From contig DASSRA010000142.1 in the NCBI GenBank assembly GCA_035702065.1, forward strand, positions 2,947-66,946: a stretch of DNA of 64,000 nt, read 5' to 3'. A model generated the notes under the pieces. The model saw only the letters and a list, made by a program, of their open reading frames with translations, did not search any database and was not told where the DNA came from. Shown here piece after piece: positions 48,689 through 64,000 of the stretch; positions within the stretch are counted from its first letter, which is position 1, and every line of letters starts with the position of its first letter. Both the position numbers and the translations under genes were made by a program. The stretch is from Rhizobacter sp. (GTDB lineage Bacteria; Pseudomonadota; Gammaproteobacteria; Burkholderiales; Burkholderiaceae_C).

Positions 48689-49720
48689 ATGAGCAAGCGG
48701 CGCAGCACGGGGAACGGTCTGGCAGCGGACTCTGGGGTGCAGGCGGCCGTGCCGCTGTTCTCCCCGCCCAGCTTGCAATCGGTGCTGCAAGTGGCCGCCG
48801 ACCCGGCCGCCGACGCAGCGGAGCCGCTGGGTGAGGATCTCCCGACCGGCGCCGAGATCGCCGCCGGTGACGGTGAAGTCGGGAACACGCTCCAGACCTA
48901 TCTGCGCGAGATTCGCCGCGCACCCTTGCTGACACCCCAGGAAGAGTTCGATACCGCGACACGCGCGCGGGCTGGCGACTTTGCGGCGCGCCAGGCCATG
49001 ATCGAACGCAACCTGCGGCTCGTCGTGAGCATCGCCAAGAACTACCTGGGCCGCGGCCTGCCCATGACCGACCTGATCGAAGAGGGCAACCTCGGGTTGA
49101 TGCATGCCATCGGCAAGTTCGAGCCCGAGCGCGGCTTCCGTTTCTCGACCTATTCGTCGTGGTGGATACGCCAGAGCATCGAGCGCGCGATCATGCACCA
49201 GGCGCGCCTGGTGAGGTTGCCTGTGCACGTGGTGCGCGAACTCAACCAGGTGCTCAAGGCGAGGCGTGCGCTGGAAGCCGAGGCGGGGCATGTGGATGGT
49301 GAACAACCGGTGCGGGTGGAAGACATCGCCGCCCGCGTGGGCCGTCCGGTGCAGGAGGTGAGTGAGCTCTTGAAGTTCTCCGAGGCGCCGGCGTCGCTGG
49401 ATGCACCGCTTGACCGCGACGGGTCTGAATCCATGCTCGACAGCGTGGCCGACGATGGCGCCAGCGACCCCGTCAACCTCACGCTCAACAACGAAGTTGG
49501 TGTGCTGCTCCAGCACGGGCTGGACGAACTCAACGACCGCGAGCGCGAAGTGCTGGCTGGCCGCTATGGCCTGCGCGACCGCGAACCCGAGACGCTCGAA
49601 GTGCTGGCCGAACGGCTCGGCCTCACGCGCGAGCGCATCCGCCAGATCCAGCAGGAAGCCCTGGTCAAGCTCAAGCGCCGCATGGCGCGCAGCGGCATCA
49701 ACCGCGAGTCGCTTTTCTAG
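48689..49720 (+). CDS. rpoS: RNA polymerase sigma factor RpoS
   Basis: YLREI, NLRLVVSIAK, DLIEEGNLGLMHA, FSTYSSWWIRQ, LTRERIRQIQ. Position nlpD-X-rlmD. Confidence 0.88.
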   Translation: MSKRRSTGNGLAADSGVQAAVPLFSPPSLQSVLQVAADPAADAAEPLGEDLPTGAEIAAGDGEVGNTLQTYLREIRRAPLLTPQEEFDTATRARAGDFAARQAMIERNLRLVVSIAKNYLGRGLPMTDLIEEGNLGLMHAIGKFEPERGFRFSTYSSWWIRQSIERAIMHQARLVRLPVHVVRELNQVLKARRALEAEAGHVDGEQPVRVEDIAARVGRPVQEVSELLKFSEAPASLDAPLDRDGSESMLDSVADDGASDPVNLTLNNEVGVLLQHGLDELNDREREVLAGRYGLRDREPETLEVLAERLGLTRERIRQIQQEALVKLKRRMARSGINRESLF

Positions 49721-49726
49721 AGGGAA

Positions 49727-51091
49727 ATGGCTGAGACAATCGGCCACATGACAGCAGCAGATGAATGGCTCAAGGTCGAATCCCTCGACCTCGAAGCGCA
49801 AGGCGTGGCGCACAACTCGGAAGGCAAGGTGGTCTTCATCGACGGCGCCTTGCCCGGTGAAGAAGTCCGGGTCAGTGTCCAGCGCAAGAAGAACAACTGG
49901 GAGCAGGCCACGCCGGTGGCCTTGCGGCGCGAGAGTTCGCAGCGGGTCACGCCTGCCTGCCGCCACTTTGGCGTCTGTGGCGGCTGCAAGATGCAGCACT
50001 TCCACGTGGGCGCGCAGGTGGCAACCAAGCAGCGCGCACTCGAAGACGCGCTGTGGCACCTGGGCAAGGTCAAGGCGGAGCGCGTGTTGCGGCCGATCGA
50101 AGGGCCGTCCTGGGGTTATCGCTACCGGGCTCGTTTGTCGGTGCGCTACGTGGTGAAGAAAGAGCGTGTGCTGGTCGGCTTCCATGAACGCAAGTCGAGC
50201 TACGTGGCCGACATGGACAGTTGCGAGGTGCTGCCGCCGCATCTGAGTGCCATGCTGGTGCCGCTGCGGGATCTGGTTGCCGACATGGATCAGCGCGACC
50301 GCCTGCCGCAGATCGAGGTGGCGGTGGGTGACCAGGTCACCGCGCTGGTGTTGCGCCACCTGGAGCCGATGAGCGCTGGTGACCTCCAGCGCCTGCGCGA
50401 GTTCGCGCAGCGGCACGCGGTGCAATGGTGGTTGCAGCCCAAGGGCCCGGACACCGTCCATCTGCTGGACGCTGGCGGCCCACCGCTGGCCTACACGCTG
50501 CCCGAGTTCGGCATCACGATGCCCTTCAAGCCGACCGACTTCACCCAGGTCAACCACCAGATCAACCGCGTGTTGGTGAGCCGTGCCTTGCGTCTGCTTG
50601 ATGCGGGTTCGAACGACCGCGTGATCGACTGGTTCTGCGGCCTGGGTAACTTCACGCTGCCGATCGCCACGCAGGCGAACGAAGTACTGGGCATCGAGGG
50701 CAGTGACGCGCTGGTGGCCCGTTCACGCGAGAACGCCGCACTCAACGCGCTGCAGGCGAAGGCGAGCTTCGTGGCGCGCAATCTGTTCGAGATCACTCCG
50801 GAAGAACTGGCCAGCTATGGCCGGGCCGACAAGTGGCTGGTCGACCCGCCGCGCGAAGGGGCGTTTGCGCTCGCCAAGGCCTTGGCCGATCTGCACGCCG
50901 AGCCAACCCGCGCCGAGGGCTACGTGCCGCCGTCGCGCATCGTCTACGTGAGCTGCAACCCGGCCACGCTGGCCCGGGATGCCGGCTTGCTGGTGCACCA
51001 GGCCGGCTACCGTTGCGTGGCTGCAGGAGCCATCAACATGTTCCCGCACACCGCGCACGTTGAAAGCATGGCGGTCTTCGAGAAAGACTGA
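49727..51091 (+). CDS. rlmD: 23S rRNA (uracil-1939-C5) methyltransferase
   Basis: TRAM domain, [10 protein letters not shown] 4Fe-4[42 protein letters not shown]. Confidence 0.96.
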   Translation: MAETIGHMTAADEWLKVESLDLEAQGVAHNSEGKVVFIDGALPGEEVRVSVQRKKNNWEQATPVALRRESSQRVTPACRHFGVCGGCKMQHFHVGAQVATKQRALEDALWHLGKVKAERVLRPIEGPSWGYRYRARLSVRYVVKKERVLVGFHERKSSYVADMDSCEVLPPHLSAMLVPLRDLVADMDQRDRLPQIEVAVGDQVTALVLRHLEPMSAGDLQRLREFAQRHAVQWWLQPKGPDTVHLLDAGGPPLAYTLPEFGITMPFKPTDFTQVNHQINRVLVSRALRLLDAGSNDRVIDWFCGLGNFTLPIATQANEVLGIEGSDALVARSRENAALNALQAKASFVARNLFEITPEELASYGRADKWLVDPPREGAFALAKALADLHAEPTRAEGYVPPSRIVYVSCNPATLARDAGLLVHQAGYRCVAAGAINMFPHTAHVESMAVFEKD

Positions 51092-51104
51092 ACCCACCAA
51101 AGAG

Positions 51105-51135
51105 AAGGGGCCCTGCGAGGGGCCCCTTTTTTTTA
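51105..51135. terminator. Intrinsic terminator between convergent rlmD and yccA
   Basis: AAGGGGCCCT-GCG-AGGGGCCCCTT followed by a T tract. Confidence 0.82.
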
Positions 51136-51154
51136 CTTGGTACCGTCAGGCGCG

Positions 51155-51856
51155 TCAGTCGCGTTCGCCACCAAAGATGCCGAGCAGGCTCAGCAGGTTG
51201 GTGAAGACGTTGTAGACGTCCAGGTAGATCGCCAGTGTGGCGGTCACATAGTTGGTTTCACCGCCATCGACGATGCGCTTCAGGTCATACAGCATGTAGG
51301 CCGAGAAGATCAGGATCGCCAGGACCGAGACGGTCATCATCAAGGCCGGCATCTGCAGCCAGATGTTGGCGACGCTGGCGACGATGATGCCGATCAGGCC
51401 GACGAACAGCCACTTACCCATGCCGGAGATATCGCGCTTGATGGTGCTGGCCAAGGTGGCCATGCCGAAGAACACCAGCGCGGTGCCACCAAACGCCATG
51501 GTGATCAGCTGGCTGCCGTTGCGGAAGTTGCCCAGGATGCCGCCGAGCAGGCGCGACAGCATCAGGCCCATGAAAAAGGTGAATGCCAGCAGCAGCACAA
51601 CGCCCAGGCCGGAGTTCTTGGTCTTTTCGATGGCGAAGAAGAAGCCAAAGGCCACGCCCATGAACACCATGAAACCGATGAGTGGGTTGGCTGCGAACCA
51701 GTTGAAGCCCATCTGCAGGCCCACCCAGGAGCCCAGCACGGTGGGAACCATGGAAAGCGCCAGCAGCCAGTACGTGTTGCGGAGCACACGGTTGCGCTGG
51801 TCGGCGGTGGTGACCGTTCCGGTAAAACCGTAAGCGGTCTGCAGGTTGTCGTTCAT
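51155..51856 (-). CDS. yccA: Bax inhibitor-1/YccA family membrane protein
   Basis: NRVLRNTYWLL, 7 TM, IVDGGETNYVTAT.AIYLDVYNVF. Confidence 0.92.
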   Translation of the reverse strand: MNDNLQTAYGFTGTVTTADQRNRVLRNTYWLLALSMVPTVLGSWVGLQMGFNWFAANPLIGFMVFMGVAFGFFFAIEKTKNSGLGVVLLLAFTFFMGLMLSRLLGGILGNFRNGSQLITMAFGGTALVFFGMATLASTIKRDISGMGKWLFVGLIGIIVASVANIWLQMPALMMTVSVLAILIFSAYMLYDLKRIVDGGETNYVTATLAIYLDVYNVFTNLLSLLGIFGGERD

Positions 51857-52002
51857 GAATCCTCCTGTTTGAAGAAACTGCGTGTGTTCAGAGCCGGTTC
51901 ATCGCATTCTAGTTCCCTGCTGCGGCCTCAGACATGCCTGCAAACCTCCATGCCTTGGCATAGAGCATGCTGCTGGTTCCTTGAACCACAGGAGAAGTGC
52001 GC

Positions 52003-52416
52003 ATGAAAAGCAAACCAGTGCTCGGGTTGGATGAGGTCAAGCGGATCGCTGCCGCGGCCGAAGCCGAGGCGCTAGCCCATGGCTGGGCGGTGACCATCGC
52101 CATCGCGGATGACGGTGGGCATTTGCTGTGGTTGCAGCGGCTCGATGGGGCGGCGCCGATATCGGCCCACATTGCGCCGGCCAAGGCGCATACGGCGGCT
52201 CTCGGGCAACGCGAGAGCAAGACCTACGAAGACATGATCAATCAGGGGCGCACGGCCTTCCTCAGTGCGCCTGAAGTCCAGGGGCTGCTGGAGGGTGGGG
52301 TGCCCATTCTGGTGCAAGGGCAGTGCGTGGGCGCAGTGGGCGTCAGCGGTGTCAAAGCCAGCGAGGACGCGCGGGTTGCCAAGGCGGGTGTGGCGGCGCT
52401 GGGTCTGCCCGGCTGA
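52003..52416 (+). CDS. GlcG/HbpS family heme-binding protein
   Basis: IAIADDGGHL...RLDGA, AKAHTA, GGVPI, GAVGVSG, D..VA. Confidence 0.88.
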   Translation: MKSKPVLGLDEVKRIAAAAEAEALAHGWAVTIAIADDGGHLLWLQRLDGAAPISAHIAPAKAHTAALGQRESKTYEDMINQGRTAFLSAPEVQGLLEGGVPILVQGQCVGAVGVSGVKASEDARVAKAGVAALGLPG

Positions 52417-52420
52417 AAAC

Positions 52421-52636
52421 TCAGGCCGAGACGGGGATCAGCGCGAAGGTTGCTGCGTGGGGGCGGGCACCCGAAGAGCGGGCGGATTCAAAGACATCAC
52501 GGGCGCAATCGGCGCAGCGGCCACAGCATGAGGCCACGCCGCTGTCCATCTGCAGTTCGTCGAAGCTCGCGCAACCATCGCGCGCGTGGCGCTCGATGTC
52601 GCGGTCTGAAATCCGTTGGCACACGCAAACAATCAT
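52421..52636 (-). CDS. bfd: Bacterioferritin-associated [2Fe-2S] ferredoxin
   Basis: MIVCVCQRISD...CCGRC. Confidence 0.93.
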   Translation of the reverse strand: MIVCVCQRISDRDIERHARDGCASFDELQMDSGVASCCGRCADCARDVFESARSSGARPHAATFALIPVSA

Positions 52637-52683
52637 CTTGGATCGCTCCCGGCCCAGACGTCAGGCCGACGGAAGCGATCTTA

Positions 52684-52702
52684 AATAAGAATGATTCGTA
52701 AT
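52684..52702. promoter_or_regulatory. Fur box upstream of bfd
   Basis: AATAAGAAT-G-ATTCGTAAT, a 9-1-9 imperfect palindrome (7 of 9 arm positions match). Confidence 0.72.
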
Positions 52703-52751
52703 TCAAGATCCCGCCCTACACCCATGCACTGGGGCGGGATTTGTGCGCATC

Positions 52752-53231
52752 TCAGGCCTCGATTTCGCCCATTTGAGACTGCAGGTAGTTTTGGAGGCCC
52801 ACTTTGGCGACCAGTTCGATCTGGGTTTCGAGGAAGTCGATGTGCTCCTCGGTGTCGTCAAGGATTTCCTGCAGCAGGTCGCGCGACACGTAGTCGCGCA
52901 CCGATTCGCAGTGGGCGATGCCTTCCTTGATGGTCGCTTGCGCGCCTGTCTCCGACTTGAGGTCGCAGTTCAGGATCTCCACTGTGTCTTCACCGACCAA
53001 CAGCTTGCCAAGGTCTTGCAGGTTGGGCAGTCCGTCTAGCGTGAAGATGCGATCCATCAGCTTGTCGGCGTGCTTCATTTCGCCAATGGATTCGGCGTAC
53101 TCCTTGGCGGCCAGCTTGTCCAACCCCCAGTGCTTCAGCATCCGGTAGTGCAGGAAGTACTGGTTGATGGCGGTGAGTTCGTTCTTGAGCTGCGCGTTGA
53201 GCAGCTCGATGACCTTGGGGTCGCCTTTCAT
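52752..53231 (-). CDS. bfr: Bacterioferritin
   Basis: [29 protein letters not shown] (heme Met), TEEHID. Confidence 0.97.
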   Translation of the reverse strand: MKGDPKVIELLNAQLKNELTAINQYFLHYRMLKHWGLDKLAAKEYAESIGEMKHADKLMDRIFTLDGLPNLQDLGKLLVGEDTVEILNCDLKSETGAQATIKEGIAHCESVRDYVSRDLLQEILDDTEEHIDFLETQIELVAKVGLQNYLQSQMGEIEA

Positions 53232-53509
53232 GTTCCAACTCCTCTTGTTGTGTGCAAAGCGGATTATGGAAGCCTGCGAGGTGCGCGATTCGCTTCTCCC
53301 GGGACAGTGCAGGGCTCTAGAAACGATAAGCGTTCCTACTCGTATGGGGGGGCGTTGAGGGTCAACCCTCGGGTACAATTCGAAGGTTTACCCGCAACCC
53401 CACCGCCCAGCGAATCTCTCGCTGTTTCCTGCCGAAAACTCCAACAGTTTTCTCAACCGGTCTTGTGCTCGAAGAGCAGAGCTGGGCGCGCACAAAATCG
53501 GAGAATCGT

Positions 53510-57941
<4,432 letters not shown>

Positions 57942-57968
57942 ACTTTCTCGATCTTCTCCATCCATCGG

Positions 57969-58013
57969 CCGCCGCCGAAACTCCCGCAAGGGAGAAGGCG
58001 GCGGTTCTCTTTT
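57969..58013 (+). terminator. Terminator/attenuator hairpin between carB and greA
   Basis: CCGCCGCC-GAAA-CTCCC-GCAA-GGGAG-AA-GGCGGCGG then TTCTCTTTT. Confidence 0.7.
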
Positions 58014-58031
58014 GAGTTTCAAGGTTTCACC

Positions 58032-58508
58032 ATGGCTACCATCCCCATTACCACCCGCGGCGCACAGTTGCTGAAAGACGAACTGCACCGCCTGAAGACC
58101 GTGGAACGCCACGCTGTGGTCCAGGCCATTGCCGAGGCGCGTGCGCAGGGTGACCTCTCCGAGAACGCAGAGTACGAAGCCGCCAAGGACAAGCAAGGCT
58201 TCATCGAGGGCCGCATCCTGGAAGTCGAGGGCAAGCTTGCCGCGGCTCAGATCATTGATCCCGCTGCATTGAATGCCGAAGGGCGGGTGGTTTTCGGGGC
58301 CACGGTCGACCTGGAGGAAGAGGACAGCGGCGCTGCCGTCACGTACCAGATTGTTGGCGAAGACGAGGCCGACCTGAAGCAGGGCCGCATCTCCATCAGC
58401 TCACCCATTGCCCGCGCGCTCATTGGCAAGGAAGAAGGCTCGGTGGCCGAGGTGCAGGCCCCTGGCGGCATCAAGAGCTACGAAATCATCAAGGTCCGCT
58501 ACATCTGA
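58032..58508 (+). CDS. greA: Transcription elongation factor GreA
   Basis: [31 protein letters not shown]. Confidence 0.97.
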   Translation: MATIPITTRGAQLLKDELHRLKTVERHAVVQAIAEARAQGDLSENAEYEAAKDKQGFIEGRILEVEGKLAAAQIIDPAALNAEGRVVFGATVDLEEEDSGAAVTYQIVGEDEADLKQGRISISSPIARALIGKEEGSVAEVQAPGGIKSYEIIKVRYI

Positions 58509-58516
58509 GCGGCACC

Positions 58517-58960
58517 GTGCGCTTGGACATCCGGCGTTCGGCCGCGTGCATCGCCGGGCTCTGGGCGGGGCTGATCCTCAGCATCGCGGTGATCGGCGCG
58601 CCATCGGCATTTGCGAGTTTGCCGGCCGATACCGCCGGGCGGATTGCCGGGCGCATGTTCATGCAGGAGGCCTACGCAGGCCTGGCCGTTTCGGTCATCC
58701 TGTTGCTGATGGTGCGACGCTTGGCGCGTACCGACTCGCAAGCCGGCCAGGGCTCGGTGTTCAGCACCAACGTCGTGCTGGTGCTCGGCACCCTGTTCTG
58801 CACGATGTTCGGCTACTTTGCCCTCCAGCCCATGATGGCTGCCGCTCGGGCGGGCCAAGGGGCATGGTCGTTCGGGGCATTGCACGGCGTGTCTGCCGTC
58901 TTCTTCGGGCTCAAGGGCCTGCTGGCCGTGGTGCTGGCCTGGCGCCTGGCGGCAGCCTGA
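58517..58960 (+). CDS. DUF4149-like membrane protein
   Basis: 4 TM, APSAF...AGRIAGRMF, FGALHGVS. Located downstream of greA. Confidence 0.78.
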   Translation: MRLDIRRSAACIAGLWAGLILSIAVIGAPSAFASLPADTAGRIAGRMFMQEAYAGLAVSVILLLMVRRLARTDSQAGQGSVFSTNVVLVLGTLFCTMFGYFALQPMMAAARAGQGAWSFGALHGVSAVFFGLKGLLAVVLAWRLAAA

Positions 58961-58968
58961 CGCAGAAC

Positions 58969-59442
58969 TCAGTCGGCTGCGGTGCGCTTGATGCTAGTGA
59001 TGCGCTTCTTGGCGCGCTTCACTTCGCCGCCGGCAGCGAGTCGCTGGTTGCCCAGCAGCTTGATCTTCTTGACCTGCGGGCGGTGGTTGCCGCTCTTGGA
59101 GAACTTGAGGATCTTCACCATCTTCGGGCCGGCGCCGCGGTCTTCACGTTCGGCCTTTTCCTTCGGAGGCACCGGGCGCCACAGCACCAGCAGCTTGCCG
59201 ATGTGCTGGATGGGGGCGGCGTTCAGTTCGTCACTCAGGCGCGCCAGAATGGCTTCGCGGGTTTCGCGCTCATCGGAGAAGACCCGCACCTTGATCAGGC
59301 CGTGCGCGTTGAGCGCGGCATCGGTTTCCTTGATCACGGCGGCGGTAAGGCCTTCGGCACCGATGCGAACCACGGGCTCGAGGTGATGGGCTTCGGCGCG
59401 TTTTTCCTTGCGCTGGACGGGGCGGAGTTCGATGGCAGGCAT
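58969..59442 (-). CDS. yhbY: YhbY/CRM-domain RNA-binding protein with a basic C-terminal tail
   Basis: AHHLEPVVRIG.EGLT, HGLIKVR, IQHIGKLLVLWR. Confidence 0.92.
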   Translation of the reverse strand: MPAIELRPVQRKEKRAEAHHLEPVVRIGAEGLTAAVIKETDAALNAHGLIKVRVFSDERETREAILARLSDELNAAPIQHIGKLLVLWRPVPPKEKAEREDRGAGPKMVKILKFSKSGNHRPQVKKIKLLGNQRLAAGGEVKRAKKRITSIKRTAAD

Positions 59443-59474
59443 GGCTCTATTATCGGTCGACCTAGAGCAGGCAC

Positions 59475-60137
59475 ATGAAAACCCAAACAAAAAGCAAGAA
59501 GGTCAACAAGGCGTGGCTGCACGACCATGTGAACGACACCTACGTCAAGCTGGCCCAGAAGGAAGGGTACCGTGCCCGCGCGGCCTACAAGCTCAAGGAA
59601 ATCGACGAGACCTTGAAGCTCATCCGGCCCGGCCAGCTGGTGGTGGATCTGGGTTCCACGCCCGGGGCGTGGAGCCAGTACGTGCGCCGCAAGTTCGTCG
59701 GCGAGGCGGGCGCTGCGGTCGGCGAACTCAACGGCACGATCATCGCTCTCGACATCCTCCCCATGGAGCCGATCGAGGGGGTCACCTTCATCCAGGGTGA
59801 CTTCCGGGAAGATGCAGTGCTGGCCCAACTGGATGCCTTGGTTGCCGGTCGCCCGGTCGACGTGGTGATTTCCGACATGGCCCCCAATCTCTCGGGCATT
59901 GCGAGTACCGACGCCGCCCGGATTGAACACCTGGTCGAACTGGCGGTGGACTTCGCCCAGAACCACCTGAGCCCTAACGGGGTTCTGGTGGCCAAGGTCT
60001 TTCACGGTGGCAGCCACGCTCCCCTGACCGAGCTCTTCAAAAGCACTTTCCGGGTGGTGAAACCCATCAAACCCAAGGCATCTCGTGACAAGTCGGCCGA
60101 AACCTTTCTTGTCGGCCTGGGTCTCAAGAAGCCGTGA
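59475..60137 (+). CDS. rlmE: 23S rRNA U2552 2'-O-methyltransferase (RlmE/FtsJ)
   Basis: [41 protein letters not shown]. Confidence 0.97.
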   Translation: MKTQTKSKKVNKAWLHDHVNDTYVKLAQKEGYRARAAYKLKEIDETLKLIRPGQLVVDLGSTPGAWSQYVRRKFVGEAGAAVGELNGTIIALDILPMEPIEGVTFIQGDFREDAVLAQLDALVAGRPVDVVISDMAPNLSGIASTDAARIEHLVELAVDFAQNHLSPNGVLVAKVFHGGSHAPLTELFKSTFRVVKPIKPKASRDKSAETFLVGLGLKKP

Positions 60138-60225
60138 TCCAAGCCGATGAACGTTCGTGAAGTAGTGCCCTGTTGGCCCGTCATACACCCTTGCCACGGA
60201 GGGGCGCCTTGACCCGGCCGCTCCC

Positions 60226-60253
60226 CTTGTCTGAACTAGAATCCGCCCCATAT
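60226..60253 (+). promoter_or_regulatory. Sigma-32 (RpoH)-type promoter of ftsH
   Basis: CTTGTC-N14-CCCCATAT versus consensus CTTGAA-N13/14-CCCCATAT. Confidence 0.62.
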
Positions 60254-60315
60254 GCCGTGGATGTGGGGCACGCCGTGCGCCTGTGCGGAAGTTTTGATTT
60301 GCAGAAGGAGCCGCG

Positions 60316-62199
<1,884 letters not shown>

Positions 62200-62224
62200 C
62201 GCGTCGAAGCGGTATCCATGCGAC

Positions 62225-62250
62225 ACGGGGCTTCGGCCCCGTTTCCGTTT
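62225..62250 (+). terminator. Intrinsic terminator or attenuator after ftsH
   Basis: ACGGGGC-TTCG-GCCCCGT followed by TTCCGTTT. Confidence 0.72.
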
Positions 62251-62275
62251 CTGTTTCCACTTCTTGCGAGGCTGC

Positions 62276-63121
62276 ATGGCCGTCTGGCAGACCACCCGAT
62301 TCCGCATCGACCTGAGCCGCCCCCAGGTGATGGGCATCGTCAACATCACACCGGACTCGTTTTCGGATGGCGGTCAACATGCCACCACGCAGGCCGCGCT
62401 GGCGCATTGCGAGCAACTGCTCAAGGATGGCGCCGACATCCTCGACCTCGGCGGGGAATCGAGTCGCCCCGGAGCCGAGCCGTTGCCGCTGGAGCAAGAG
62501 CTCGCGCGCGTGCTGCCGGTGCTGCGGGGCGCGCTGAGCCTGGGCGTTCCAGTCTCCATCGACACCTACAAGCCCGAGACCATGCGAGCCGTGCTCGACC
62601 TCGGTGCCGACATCGTCAACGACATCTATGCCTTGCGCTGGCCCGGCGCCCTGCAAGCGGTGGCGGCCCACCCGACCTGTGGCGTCTGCCTGATGCACAG
62701 GCAGGGCGAGCCGCAGTCGATGCAGGTCAAGCCCATCTATGGCGACGTGCTGGCTGAAGTCAGGCAGTTCCTGGCGGAGCGGGCCACTGCGCTGCGCAGT
62801 GGTGGCGTGGCGGCGGAACGCATCGCCCTCGACCCGGGTATCGGCTTTGGCAAGACGGTGGAGCACAACTTTGCGTTGCTTGCCCGCCAGCCTGAGCTAC
62901 TGGCGTTAGGTTATCCCTTGCTGGTGGGCTGGTCACGCAAGAGCAGCCTGGGCGCTCTCACCGGGCGACCGGCCGGCGAACGGCTGGCTGCCAGCGTGGC
63001 GGCCGCCATGGCATCCGCCCAGCTGGGCGCCAAGGTGTTGCGGGTGCACGATGTGGCGGCCACTGTGGACGCCCTCAAGGTGGTGGGGGCGGCCCGTTTG
63101 CTGGGCCATCCGCAGGGTTAG
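62276..63121 (+). CDS. folP: Dihydropteroate synthase
   Basis: MGIVNITPDSFSDGG, DLGGESSRPGA, SIDTYK, DPGIGFGK, SRKS, RVHDV. Confidence 0.97.
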   Translation: MAVWQTTRFRIDLSRPQVMGIVNITPDSFSDGGQHATTQAALAHCEQLLKDGADILDLGGESSRPGAEPLPLEQELARVLPVLRGALSLGVPVSIDTYKPETMRAVLDLGADIVNDIYALRWPGALQAVAAHPTCGVCLMHRQGEPQSMQVKPIYGDVLAEVRQFLAERATALRSGGVAAERIALDPGIGFGKTVEHNFALLARQPELLALGYPLLVGWSRKSSLGALTGRPAGERLAASVAAAMASAQLGAKVLRVHDVAATVDALKVVGAARLLGHPQG

Positions 63122-63160
63122 CTGCTGCACAAGTCCGGGCGGCACAAGGGACACACAACA

Positions 63161-64000
63161 ATGAGCAGAACCTATTTCGGCACCGACGGCATCCGCGGCA
63201 CCGTGGGCCAGTCGCCCATCACCCCTGACTTCATGCTCCGCCTCGGGCATGCGGTCGGCCGTGTGCTGAAGGCCCACATTGCCCGGCCCAGCGTGCTGAT
63301 CGGCAAGGACACGCGCATCTCCGGTTACATGATCGAGTCGGCCCTCGAGGCCGGTTTCGCCTCGGCGGGCGTCGACGTGCTGCTGACGGGGCCCTTGCCC
63401 ACCCCCGGGGTGGCCTACCTCACGCGCGCGCTGCGACTCGATCTGGGTGTGGTGATCAGTGCCTCGCACAACGCCTACGCCGACAACGGCATCAAGTTCT
63501 TCTCTGCTGCGGGCGAGAAGCTGCCCGACGCCTGGGAGCAGGAGGTCGAGGCCGCCTTGGCGCAACCGCTGCATTGCGTGGAATCCGCCCAGCTGGGCAA
63601 GGCGCGTCGGATCGAAGATGCGCGTGGCCGCTACGTGGAGTTTTGCAAGAGCACCTTCGCCAACGATCTGTCTCTCAAGGGCTTGAAGATCGTGGTCGAT
63701 GCGGCGCACGGTGCGGCCTACCAGATCGCGCCGGAGGTCTTCCACGAACTGGGTGCCGAAGTGATCGGCATCGGCTGCAGCCCCGACGGCATCAACATCA
63801 ATGCAGGCTTTGGTGCGACGGCTCCGGCCGCGCTGGTCAAGGCGGTGAAGGAACACCGCGCCGACTACGGCGTGGCGCTCGACGGTGACGCAGACCGACT
63901 GCAGCTCGTCGATTCGACCGGGCGGCTCTACAACGGCGACGAATTGCTGTACGTGATGGTGGCCGACCGACTGGCCCAGGGCCAACGCGTCCCGGGGGCC
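63161..64000 (+). CDS. glmM: Phosphoglucosamine mutase, 5' part (runs off the window)
   Basis: [35 protein letters not shown]. Confidence 0.97.
   Translation, partial: MSRTYFGTDGIRGTVGQSPITPDFMLRLGHAVGRVLKAHIARPSVLIGKDTRISGYMIESALEAGFASAGVDVLLTGPLPTPGVAYLTRALRLDLGVVISASHNAYADNGIKFFSAAGEKLPDAWEQEVEAALAQPLHCVESAQLGKARRIEDARGRYVEFCKSTFANDLSLKGLKIVVDAAHGAAYQIAPEVFHELGAEVIGIGCSPDGININAGFGATAPAALVKAVKEHRADYGVALDGDADRLQLVDSTGRLYNGDELLYVMVADRLAQGQRVPGA

Noticed and set aside
47957-50557. 866-aa minus-strand ORF
   Set aside because: Shadow of nlpD-rpoS-rlmD.

Overview
GC-rich betaproteobacterial chromosome, with gene content and order typical of Burkholderiales (taxon inferred, not searched). The window is mostly core genes: the purL 3' end; gcvTHP behind a tandem glycine riboswitch; ETF-QO; scoAB; pyrD; rpiA; mnmC; efp-earP; uvrC; pgsA; hupB; tRNA-Val; ppiD; tRNA-His; surE-pcm-nlpD-rpoS-rlmD; bfr-bfd; carAB-greA; and yhbY/rlmE-ftsH-folP-glmM. 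A ~12 kb accessory-looking block lies between purL and gcvP. It holds an FAD monooxygenase, a TetR/diiron-like pair, a REP doublet, a stand-alone molybdoenzyme, an XRE/MmyB module and a trehalose locus. The most unusual element is a trehalose-6-phosphate synthase (10336-12576) fused to a receptor-like N-terminus (TM-periplasmic domain-TM-HAMP-like linker), divergent from a GH15 hydrolase. Other leads: an orphan DUF3445/HODM-like gene translationally coupled to mnmC; a PhnD-like binding protein upstream of a ~10-TM two-component system; an orphan BvgS-like kinase; an unlisted 57-aa small protein; several clean operator palindromes; and repeated leaderless-gene signatures. I saw no CRISPR array, rRNA, integrase or transposase. 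All family calls come from motif recognition by eye; no database search was run.
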